Source: the human T2T-CHM13v2.0 reference genome, Homo sapiens. Taken from it: 64,000 nt of DNA. Position 1 is the stretch's first letter. Every line of letters starts with the position of its first letter. A program made the translations under genes and the position numbers. The notes beneath the pieces are model-generated. The model saw only the letters and a program-made list of their open reading frames with translations, did not search any database and was not told the DNA's origin. The stretch lies in NCBI RefSeq assembly GCF_009914755.1, contig NC_060928.1; one strand, 5' to 3'. Shown piece by piece: positions 41,713 to 53,260 of this stretch.

Positions 41713-42786
41713 GAAAATTAGGAAGGAAGAAATGAAAGGAGGAGGGGGTGAGGGAAGGAGGGAGATTGGCCTTGCCATCTACTCCTGACTTATAAAGGCC
41801 TCTATGATCCTGTTCATTGTTTTGTTTGTTTAGTTGATTTTATTCATTTACATAGTTTGATCTTGTCAGTGAAATCTGATATATCTTCAGGAAGAAAGTT
41901 GAGTCTTCACAAATATTTGAGAAAATTTAGCTAATAAACATATCTCAAGATATCTCACAGGCAAATATTCACAGCAAGTGTGATTAACCTTACTAGTAGG
42001 TGAAAAGATCTAAAGAATTTGGACAAAGTCATAGAATAAGTCAGTGGTAGAACTGGAAATAGAAATCAAGTTTCCTAGTAACTCATTCAGTATGATTTTT
42101 TAAGCCAGAATTTTGTGATGCAGCAGCTATTCTACGGTGGAAAATTGCCCCTGGGAAGCTACAAGAGTTCATCAAAGGCAGAGGGTCAGAGTCCTGTGTC
42201 TGCTGTGGTGAGACACTGGTCATATTGCTATGCACCCCATAAATCACAAATAATAATATCCTGAGGCATTCTCTTCTGTATTAAAAGATAAGAACTCTGT
42301 TTTTGTTTCCAGAACCATTGCTCTCTTTCCCTGCTTCACATGGCTCATGTAATTCAGAAGATAGACTTCATTCAAAGAATGAAAAATAGGTGAGTCTGAA
42401 TCCCAGTGCCTCTCTCCATCAATTCAGCAAGCTGCAGAACGTTATCTGCCTTGTAAGTAGCTCGGCTCCCTCTAACAAGATGAATTTCTTTCCTAAAACA
42501 GGTTTGTACTTAGGGCTTCACCACCAGCAGTGTTAGCACCACTCTGAGAAAAGTTATGTATTGATATAAGAAGCCCAAATATGGGCTTTATGGAGTGCAG
42601 GTAGACCTCATCTTTGGAGAAAAAAGATATATAGTATTCATAAATAATAGGCTTTAGAAAAAAATGATAAGGAAACACTCTCCTTGAATCTTGGCAAAAA
42701 GAGAGGCAGGCAGTGCTCCAAAGTCATCATCAAACTAGAAATGGCTCGAGAGGCTTTCTGCAGGCAGTGTTCTCATGGACTAAAAC

Positions 42787-42953
42787 CTGTCCACTCCAAG
42801 TGTAGTCCATAGACCAGCTGCTTCAGCATCACCTGGGAGCTCATTAGCAATGCAGACTCCCAGGCCCCTCCACAGACACAGTGAATCAGTGTCTGCATTT
42901 TAGCAAGATTTCCAGTACATTTGTGTACACATTATTGGAGTTTGACAAACACT
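42787..42953. mobile_element. MER5A/B hAT-Charlie MITE
   Basis: CAGCATCACCTGGGAGCTCATTAGCAATGCAGA...TCTGCATTTTAGCAAGAT...GTTTGACAAACACTG. Confidence 0.85.
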
Positions 42954-43237
42954 GGACTCCAGGAAATGGTGGAGTAACTAGCTTAAGCCTAGAAGAAGCA
43001 GGGGGGAAACACATACACACACTAACACTGCTCTGAGGCAAGCACAGTCACAAAATAAGATCCAAATTCTAGTCAGAACTACCCTCAGACTGGCATCCGG
43101 CACTCTGCTACTTCATCTCTCCACTCTACCCACCATCCATCCCTCCTCTGGGTCTTGGATCCATGACCAGCATTCACCCTAAGTGAAAAGGCTGAGCAGC
43201 CTATGGCCTGTTATCTTAGAAAGGTGTTCAGGTGAGA

Positions 43238-43278
43238 GGGGGCACACATAGCTCAGCGGTAGAGCGTTTGACTGCAGA
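43238..43278 (+). pseudogene. Tailless retropseudogene of the tRNA-Cys(GCA) 5' half
   Basis: GGGGGCACACATAGCTCAGCGGTAGAGCGTTTGACTGCAGA matches tRNA-Cys up to the anticodon loop. Perfect 20-bp TSD AGAAAGGTGTTCAGGTGAGA at 43218-43237 and 43276-43295. No poly(A). Confidence 0.9.
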
Positions 43279-43295
43279 AAGGTGTTCAGGTGAGA

Positions 43296-43985
43296 TTAAA
43301 AATAGAACTGCAATATAACGCAGCAATCCCACTACTGAGTATGTATCCAAAGGAAATGAAATCAGTATGTCAAAGAGATAACCTGCACTCCCAAGTTCAC
43401 TGCAGCACTATTCACAATAGCCAAGATATGGAATCAACCTAGGTGTCCATCAACAAGATGAACAGATAAAGAAAACCAGGGATATATACACAATATATAC
43501 ACAATGGGATATATACACAATACTATTCAGCCTTTAAAAAGAAGAAAATTATATCATTTGTGACAATATGGATAAACCTGGAGGACATTATGTTAAGTGA
43601 ACTAAACCAGCCACAGAAAGACAAATACCACATGATCTCACTTATACGTGGAATCTAAAAGAGTTAAACTCATAGAAGCAGAGTAGAATAGTGGTTACTA
43701 GGGGTTGGGGTAGATGTTGGTCAAAGGATGCAAAATTTCAGTTAGATAGGAGGAATAAGTTCAAGAGATCTATGGTACTAGACGTTGACTAGAGTTAATA
43801 ACAATTTATTGCATTCTTGAAAATTGCTGAGAGTAGAGTTTAAGTGTTCTCACTACAAAAAATAAGTATGTGAAGTAATGCATATGGTAATTAGCTTGAT
43901 TTAGCCCTTTCACAATGTATACGTATTTCAAAACAATATGCTGTACATGATAAACATATAATTTTGTCAATTAATTTTTAAAATT
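43296..43985 (+). mobile_element. L1MA-type 3' end
   Basis: CAGCAATCCCACTACTG...TATCCAAAGGAAATGAAATCAGTATGTCAAAGAGATA...GGAGGAATAAGTTCAAGAGATCT...TTTTGTCAATTAA. Confidence 0.9.
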
Positions 43986-44955
43986 AATTAGGTGTGGAAG
44001 AATTCTTTGCAAACCTCAGGGCTAAAATCTAAGCTTGAGCATGACTGCAAGCTCTATAATACATGGCATCCCATTTTCCAAATTTCATTAGACTGGAATG
44101 AGATGAGGTTATTTTTTTTAAAAAAATGCTTAATTCTATTCCTCTTTGCTTCTGTCTGCTCATGCAAGCCCCAGTATCTGAACATTTTCACAAAGTAGAG
44201 ACCACAATGGGTTTTGCCCACCATTTGTGTCCCCCTGGCATTGTATTGCTATTACCTGGCATATGGTGGGTAACCAGCAAATATTTGTTAAATGAATGTT
44301 GAAATTTCTCCCAGGGAAGTCTGGTCTGCTACCCAGTAGTATCTGCTGGGCATCACTGTTGTTTCTGTGGCAAACTGCCTGTCCCACTTGTACTGCCACC
44401 CTTGCTGAGCAGAGCTGTCATTTCCACTGGCTAGAACCACTTCTGCCAAATGCTGCCACCTCCCAGTGGATAGTGAGGTATCCAGCTGGGCATTGCCAGA
44501 GCTGAGCCCGGTAATTCCCAGGCTTCTCTTGTTCCACCTGATTTTCCATTATTCTCTGGGAAAGCAATATAAAAACTGCATTACTATGCCACAGTACTTG
44601 ACAGAGTGGTAGTCAAACCACTCTTTCAGCTTTAACTTCCAGTTCACTTTCTCCTTAAGACCCAGGAATGGACCACAGGCAGATTTGAGAATGAGACAAC
44701 ATGCGTCAGAATCCCACCTCCCCTCTGAAGTTTTAGGGTTGGAGGGTCATGCTGTCTCCTTCTTCCCAGTGGGGTGAATTTTCTCCTAGAATGCTCCTGG
44801 GTCCTTCATGCCAAGCAGCACTAAGGGCTGTCAGAAGCCCTCCCTTGGTCCCCCACCACTCCAGTTTAGTAGCCTTGTCCAGACTTGTCTGAACCCATGT
44901 TGCACACAGCTTAAATTCCAAGTGGGACCTCTGGCTACATTTGCAATTGAATTCA

Positions 44956-45459
<504 letters not shown>

Positions 45460-45766
45460 TCACCCTCACCCCCTTTCCTCATCCAAATCTTCCAGTGGAC
45501 ATTTTTCTTATGTCTAACTCAACCTAAATGGGTTGGGAAGAATGTGGAAGGGGCAGCCAGACACTCAGTGAAAGGAGAAAGACAGTACAAATACAGTGTG
45601 AAGGGGAAATCTCACCAAGAAGAGGCCAATGGCTTGTATCTTGCCCCAACCTAAATACCACCTTTTCTATTTCACCAGAGTCTATTGCACAGTGTCTGCA
45701 CAGTGAAAGGCTATTGAAGGGCATCTCCAGGACAATAATTTGTCACTAGATTCCCTTCACAGATGG

Positions 45767-46534
45767 TATAGTGTGTTAAATGGTGATCCCCAAAAAAACA
45801 TGGCCAGGAACTAATCCTGAGTACCTGTGAACATAAACTCATTTAGAAAAATTATCTTTGCAGATGTAATTAAGTTAAAGATCTTGAGATGAGACCACCC
45901 TGGATTAACCAGGTGGGCCCTAAATTCAATGACAAGATTTTCTTCCTTTTTCCTTTGAGACAGAGTCTCACTATGTCTCCCAGGCTGGAGTGCTGTGGCA
46001 CGATCTTGCCTCACTGCAACCTCCGCCTCCTAGGCTCAAGCGATTCTTGTTCCTCAGCCTCCCAAGTAGCAGGGATTGCAGGTGCCTGCCACCACGTCCC
46101 GCTAATTTTTGTACTTTCAGTAGAGATGGGGTTTCACCATGTTGGCCAGGCTGTCTCAAACTCCTGGCCTCAGATGACCCACCTGCCTCAGCCTCCCAAA
46201 GTGCTGGGACTACAGGCATGAGCCACTGCACCCAGCCAGTGACAAGTATTCTCATAAGAGACAAAGAAGAGAAGACAGACACCATGGACAAGGCCATGTG
46301 AAAATGGAAGCAGATATGGGAGTTGTGCAGCCAAATGCTGAGAAACACCTGGGGCCACCAGAAGCTGGAAGAGGTGAGAAGGGATTTTTCTCCCCAACTC
46401 TTGGGAGGGAATGCAGCCCTACCGACACCTACTGTCAGGCTTCTGTTCTCCAGAGCTGTGAGAGAATATATTTGTGTTGTTTTAAGCCACCAAGTTCGTG
46501 GTGATTTTTTACAGAAAAACCCAGAAAACTAATA
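45767..46534 (+). mobile_element. MLT1C/B solo LTR, interrupted by an Alu
   Basis: CTTTGCAGATGTAATTAAGTTAAAGATCTTGAGATGAGA...GCCACCAGAAGCTGGAAGAGG...TTTTAAGCCACCAAGTT...AAACTAATA. Confidence 0.9.
45938..46237 (-). mobile_element. AluS (Sz/Sx-like) inside MLT1
   Basis: Full Alu. Degenerate TSD AATGACAAGATTTTCT / AGTGACAAGTATTCT. Confidence 0.92.
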
Positions 46535-46634
46535 TGGAGGTTATTTATGTTTATAAGCCAACCTTGTCCCTAAGCTGCTTCATTACCTGGCTGTATTATT
46601 TTTAATTGTCTGGGAGATTAAAGAGGATAACTTC

Positions 46635-46830
46635 CGTTTATTGAGTGACTACTCTGTACCAGGCCCTGTCTCAGGCACATATATTATCTCAGTTAATGAT
46701 TATAGCAGCCTTGTAAGGGTAATAACATTAGGCCCATTTTATTAATTTAAAAACTGAGGCTTTGCCCAATATCATGCAGCAAATAAATGTTTGAGCTAGG
46801 ACCTCAATCTAGATTCTGAGCTCTTTGTTC
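46635..46830 (-). mobile_element. MIR
   Basis: TTTATTGAGTGACTACTCTGTACCAGGC...CCCATTTT...AAAACTGAGGCT. Confidence 0.7.
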
Positions 46831-46884
46831 TTTCTCCTATACTACAACTACATGAAACTAAGATTTTTAATTTTCTTATTTCTT

Positions 46885-47315
<431 letters not shown>

Positions 47316-48237
47316 TAGGATATATAGTTTCAGGAAGGCCAGAAATTGTCCTTGAGTTGTTATGGGAGATGGGGAGGACATTTATGAAATGTCATGGAAT
47401 CTTTGACAGTCTTCTAAAGGCCTCTAGAGGTCGTGCAGGCCAAATACATCCCAGTCCATGCATATCCCTTAAAGCATTGGCTTGAACTGTGGCATGAGGA
47501 GAAGTTCACCCTTATAAGAAGCTGCCCTTTCGGTTTAAACAGTCCTCTTTCAATGGAGCCAAAATAGGCTCCAATTCTTCCTTGGAAGCCACACAGAATC
47601 CCAAATCCCTTCACTGCAACAGCCTTTCAAGAACTGATACAATAAAGAGGACACACACAAAAGTAGAAATTTCTTTTTTGCCATTAAAGAGGCTTGTTCT
47701 GTGATCTCTTCCTTATAAGATATGATTTCCAGCTCCGTCCCTACCCTGGCTCACCCTCCAGTCATGCACAAATCTGCCCATGCTCTCCTTTCAAGGGAAC
47801 ACCCACTGTCCAGGTCATAATCACAGCTTTAGTGGGGCTGAGGCACAGTCATTTTCTCCCTTTAGTTTCACCTCACTTCTCTCTTTCCATCTTGATTTTT
47901 ACCCCAGCCCCTCACACTCAAGCTGATCCAAACTGTCATCCATCTACCAAAGGGTGGTACTGCTGATAACTACACAAATGCATTAACTCTCTGAAGTATT
48001 TCACCAACCCACTCACCCACCTGCCTCTGAAGCCTCCTGTTTTGAAGTGGCAATGTGATCAATCAAGTCAGTTTCATGTTCCCAGCCCACACAGTACAGG
48101 GAAAAAATTAATGACACTGACTGTTCTTGCTACAGAAGCAACTCAAGTAGACAGCAGCCTTCACAACAGCAGAAAAGGAACACTTCGCTTTTAGTCATAC
48201 TGTAAGAAAAGGGTGTGGGGGGGAGGAAGTGTGTCTC

Positions 48238-48315
<78 letters not shown>
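48238..48315. repeat. Compound (TG)n(TA)n microsatellite
   Basis: Directly visible. Confidence 0.97.
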
Positions 48316-48318
<3 letters not shown>

Positions 48319-48607
48319 AAAAGCCATTTGCCTAAAGGCCATAACATGGCTTATGCTCCACTGGCTTAAGTAAAAACTAGGACTCCTCTTTTCACTCAGT
48401 GCTTAAGCATTTCACAGACAACAGGGTCAGTAAAGACAGAAATACTTGATTTAGAGTCTTTACCCAGCCCCTGTAGTTTGCAGATTGGGACTTCCAAAGC
48501 CAACCCAATGTGAACGGAACGGATGCAGTACAAGGACAGGAGAGGCCCCTCCGCACCATCCATCATAGGCTCCCAGCAGCTCTGCCTAATTTCCTGCCCA
48601 CCAGACC

Positions 48608-48696
48608 CAGGGAGTAAAGACTGGGTACATTTCTCCCATTCTCTCTCTCTCTCTCTCTCTCTCTCTGCAGGGAGTAAAGACTAGGTACATTTCTCC

Positions 48697-48731
<35 letters not shown>

Positions 48732-48840
48732 GGGAGTAAAGACTGGGTACATTTCTCCCATTCTCTCTCTCTCTCTCTCCTCTCCTCTCTCTCTCTCTCT
48801 CTCTCTCTGTCTCCTTCTCCCTCTCTCCTGCTCTCTCTCC
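48608..48840. repeat. Compound VNTR: three copies of a 33-bp unit, each followed by (CT)n
   Basis: CAGGGAGTAAAGACT(G/A)GGTACATTTCTCCCATT starts at 48608, 48668 and 48730. Confidence 0.95.
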
Positions 48841-50231
48841 ACCCTTCATTCTTGCTTCAAGCCCAGCCCAGAGGTCAGCGTCTCCCTTATGAAAATAAAA
48901 TCCATCCCTTGCACGGGAAGAACTGTGAGGTGTTAAAGGCCTGCTCTGTTCAGCTTTGTGCACAGGTGCCAGGCCCTACCTGTTTCCCTTACTGTCCTCA
49001 AAAGGAAATGGCCCCTCTGTACTCCTCATTCCTCATGTCCCTAGACGTACTCAGATTTCCATGCCCTGAAACATTTATTTCCTAAATTAGATTTCCCACC
49101 CCCAGCACTATTTACACAGAAACAGCATGGAGCAGTTTGGAGTCTGGCTCTTAGAGAACTTACTTAAGGACAGTGGTTTTCCATCTGTCTTCCACAGAGA
49201 TCTAGGGTGTCTTTGGAACCACCTTGGGGGGCAAGGGAAGGCCCACATGATAGGCTCACTTTTACATATAGAAATACTGTGTAGGATTTTTTTTAATAGG
49301 AATACTTTTCTACTCAAGAAAAAAAAAAAAGCCACGTTACCATAGGGAAGCACTGCTTCCTTATTTATCGCCACATGGCCATGAAACACACAAACAGAAA
49401 GCTCGTGCCTTCTCTGCTTCACTGTGGAAAAGAAAAAGCTAAGAAAAGCCTTTGTGTTGGACAGTAAAAAGCCACAAACAGGCAGAATGTTATTGCTTCA
49501 GCTTCTCCCAGTTCTTAGAATGACACAGTCTCAGACAGCTCAGGATCATCCAGTCCAGCCCTTCATTATTCAGATGTGAAATGAAAACCCACAGAGGTTA
49601 ATGGTTTGCTTTATTAACTTAGAAGCAAAGTCACTACCACAATTTTTTATACATAGTGGACACTCAGTGTTGAAAGAATAAATGTTTACATAAATAATTT
49701 GCTAATATACACCCAATTCATTCCAGAAAACAGTTCAGGTGGTTTTCTAAGAAACATAAATCGAACAAACAAAAAAGAATGACATTTAATAGGAGTGGCA
49801 AAAAGAATGAATAGATATGAGCAGAGATGTTCTTGTCTTGAACTAAAGCTCCAAAAATTGCTACCTCAATACTCAAGACTTTGAAAATTAACATTCATTG
49901 TACTTTTCTAGGCTGTTCTAAATTTGAGTAATGAACGATTTTCTACTTAGAAGTTTAGATAACTAGTGAGAAGCCAATGAGGGCTTGCAGGTAAAGAGGT
50001 GTCTTTGTGGATAATATCTTGTGTCTAGGTATATACCGCCTTGATTTCATTAAAATTTGATGGCTCTTCTCTCAAGACCAGAGCCTTTTCACTAAGATTT
50101 GCTGTAAGAAAACAGAATTGGGTTATGACAAACAGCAGGCCAGGTAGAGAACCTAAAGAGGTCACATAGGCTGGCATGTGTTGGGACAGGCTTGATGGCT
50201 GTGTGCAGGTATCTTGCGGAAGAAAGCTATA

Positions 50232-50398
50232 GTCTCACTTCTCTAAGATTTGCCCATGAACCAGTAACAATGGCATCACCTGGGAGCTGGCTAGAAATGC
50301 AGGCTCTCAGGTCCCACCCCATATCCACAGAATCAGAATCTGCATTTTAACAAGATTACCAGTTCATCTGAATGCACATTAAAGTTTGAAAAGCAGTG
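50232..50398. mobile_element. MER5A hAT-Charlie MITE
   Basis: GCATCACCTGGGAGCTGGCTAGAAATGCAG...GAATCAGAATCTGCATTTTAACAAGAT...AAAGTTTGAAAAGCAGTG. Confidence 0.85.
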
Positions 50399-50449
50399 CT
50401 CCACAGCATCTTTAAATGCACTGATGCAGATGCCTAAAGTGCAGCCATA

Positions 50450-51041
50450 AAGACCTTATGAAGATTTCTCAAAGAACTAAAAATAGAACTACCATTTGAT
50501 CCAGTAATCCACTACTGGGTATATATCCAAAGGGAAAGAAATCATTACATCAAAAAGATACCTGCACTTGTATGCCTATTGCAGCACCATTCACGATAGG
50601 AAAGACAGAATCACCCTAAGTCTTCATCAACAGAGGACTGGGTAAAGAAAACATATATACCATGGAATATTACGTAGCCATAAAAAAGACTGAAATCATG
50701 TCTTTTGTAGCAGCATGGATGGAACTGGAAGCCATTATCCTAAGTGTAATAACTCAGAAACAGACAGTAAAATAATGTATGTTCTCACTTATAAGAATGA
50801 ATATGCAATGGGTATACACAGTGGAATAGTAGACACTGGAGACTACAAAAGGTGGGAGGGTGGGAAGGGGGTGAGGGTTGAAATCTTACCTATTTGAGTA
50901 ATGAACACAGTGTTCACTATTCAGGCGATGGATACACGAAAAGCCCAGACTTCACCACTATGCAATATATGCATGTAAGAAATCTACACATGTACCCCCA
51001 AATATATACAAATTTTACATTTTTAATTAAAATAAAATAAA
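50450..51041 (+). mobile_element. L1PB-type 5'-truncated 3' end
   Basis: GAACTACCATTTGATCCAG...AAGCCCAGACTTCACCACTATGCAATATA. TSD core TGCAGCCATA on both sides. Confidence 0.9.
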
Positions 51042-52149
51042 TGCAGCCATAGAATAACAAAATAAAGCCTGAAACATACAGTTGGCTTGGAGCACATCAA
51101 TAAGAAGGACTTAGGGGAAGTGGGGAGAAAACTTTGGTTTGGTTTTTGTTTTTAGAGGTTTCTGTTGTCCTCATTGATCTTTGATGAAACTATCAAATGA
51201 AAGTCAAATGGGGAAAACCTACTTTTTGAGCCAATTTGTTTAGTCATACTTTGGCACACATTGACAAAGATATTCACCCCCAGGGGGCATAATTGTTCTT
51301 GAGAAATGACTTTGTTTTAGAGAAAACTTTTGTTTCCAGAGGCACAGGCTACACAGCACGGAGTGGAATAGAAATACGGCGATTATCCAGTTCATTTACT
51401 TGCAGTACACAGCCAGACAAACCAATCCAGGTAGTGCGGGCCATAAAAAACATTTCGAGGTGCCTGAATTATCCAGGTTCACTGCTAACTTTGTTCAAAT
51501 GAACTGGATCACAGCCAGCCCCACACAGCATTGTGTGCTTTTAAATATAGTGCAAGGGGAACCTGCACCAGCAGACATGAGGAGGGGAGGGGCAGGTGTC
51601 GGTGACCCTTGGACCCAGACAGCATCTGACAAAGGGTGACATTAGGCTTTGGCAGAGCCTCGGCTGCACTGTCTGCAAAGCAGTTATCACATGGAAGACA
51701 GGGCGGCCTGCCAAAATACAGACACTGGGACCAACCAAAGGATAATTGCTATAAATTCCATACAGGGAGCGGAGAGAGAGATGTCAGCAGAACACAAATC
51801 CTGGCTGGGTAGCAGCACACACAGGACTGCAGGGTAGAGTACGACAAGAAAGGGAATATTTTTTTGAAAAGGCCAAATTTGTTCAAACAAGGTATGGCAG
51901 GCCAGCTGGAAGACATGTCAGTCAAGGACTAGACTCTCTGCTCAGAGGTATTTCTGTCACTTGCACACGACAGCTTCTCAAAACTAAATATAAGGAAAAA
52001 TTAGAGCTAGATTTTCTCCAGGTATGGGGTGAGTTCTAATTGTAATTTAGAAACTGGCAGATTGACTAGTATTTGTTCAGCCCCTCCTAAGTGGCAGGTC
52101 CCTTTTCAGGTGTTTTGCATAAATTGGCTATTGGAAGGAAGTGGGGGTG

Positions 52150-52650
52150 ATTAACCCCTTAGGGATCAAAACCACCCCTAATGGATTCTTATTGGGACTA
52201 TAGGGATCTAGTGATCCCTGAAGTTCCTAGAATTGTCTGAACATTTTTTTTTTTTTTTTGAGATGGAGTCTCACTCTGTCGCCCAGGCTGGAGTGCATTG
52301 GCGTGATCTTGGCTCACTGCAAGCTCTGCCTCCTGGGTTCACGCCATTCTCTTGCCTCAGCCTCCCGAGTAACTGGGACTACAGGTGCCCGCCACCACGC
52401 CTGGCTAATTTTTTTGTATTTTTAGTAGAGACGGGGTTTCACCATGCTCGGCAGGATGGTCTCGAACTCCTGACCTTGTGATCCGCCCGCCTCGGCCTCC
52501 CAAAGTGCTGGGATTACAGGCATGAGCCACCGCGCCCGGTCTGAAAATTTTTATATGTATTTACATGTATGTTTTTTTCTGAGAGAAGAAACCATAGTTC
52601 TCATCAGATTCTCAAACAGATCCATGACCCCAAAAAGATTAAGAATTACG
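52150..52650. mobile_element. Old hAT-Charlie MER remnant, split by AluY
   Basis: CATCAGATTCTCAAACAGATCCATGACCCCAAAAAGATTAAGAA terminal motif. Confidence 0.5.
52244..52540 (-). mobile_element. AluY
   Basis: GCAAGCTC and TTCACGCCATTCTC diagnostics. TSD TCTGAACATTTTT / TCTGAAAATTTTT. Confidence 0.95.
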
Positions 52651-52733
52651 GTTAGCTGAATGAACTAGGGAAAACTGAAGGAATAACATCTATAGAGTAT
52701 TCTCTGCCAGGCCCTGTACTTGGTGACATCATT

Positions 52734-53087
52734 CGATATGGTTTTGCTGTGTCCCCACCCAATCTCATCTTGAATTGTACTCCCATAATTCCCACACATC
52801 GTGGGAAGGACCCAGTGGGAGATAACTGAATCATGGGGGCAGTTTCCCCCATACTGTTCTCATGGCAGTGAATAAGTCTCACCAGATCTGATGGTTTTAT
52901 AAGAGGTTTCCCCTTTTGCTTGGCTCTCTTTCTTTCTTTCTTGCCGCCACGTAAGACATGAGGCCATGTCTGCCATGGTTGTGAGGCTTTCCCAGCCACG
53001 TGGAACTGTGAATCCATTAAACCTCTTTTTCTTTATAAATGAGTCTCAGGTATGTCTTTATCAACAGCATGAAAACAGACTAATACA
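52734..53087 (+). mobile_element. THE1 (B/C-like) solo LTR, inserted in a MIR
   Basis: GATATGGTTTTGCTGTGTCCCCACCCAATCTCATCTTGAATTGTACTCCC...GACTAATACA. Perfect TSD TCATT. Confidence 0.95.
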
Positions 53088-53260
53088 TCATTTAATTCTC
53101 CTAAAAACCCTAGTGGCATCATCCCCATTTTACAGTTAAGGAAAAGCAAAGCTAAAAGTGGACAGGTAGCCTTATCAGGTGAGCACACCTACTAACTGTA
53201 AGGTCTAGAAGGTAAACTCAGACCTATCTAGTCCAAAAAAGTCGGCTTTTTTTAATACTA
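53088..53260 (-). mobile_element. MIR (continues at ~52690-52733)
   Basis: CATTTAATTCTC...ATCCCCATTTTACAG...GGAAAAGCAAAGCT. Confidence 0.65.

Noticed and set aside
43238-43310. Functional tRNA-Cys gene
   Set aside because: The 3' half (T arm/B box and 3' acceptor strand) is absent, so it cannot fold into a cloverleaf.
43479-43522. Short tandem duplications (GGGATATATACACAAT twice; also at ~58720 and ~63346)
   Set aside because: Ordinary slippage duplications with no further structure.
48608-48840. CRISPR-like repeat-spacer appearance (33-bp repeats at a regular period)
   Set aside because: The spacers are all (CT)n rather than unique sequences, there are no cas genes, and the context is primate DNA. 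It is a VNTR.
52985-53000. PRDM9-A hotspot motif in THE1
   Set aside because: The sequence is CTTTCCCAGCCAC, which does not match CCNCCNTNNCCNC.
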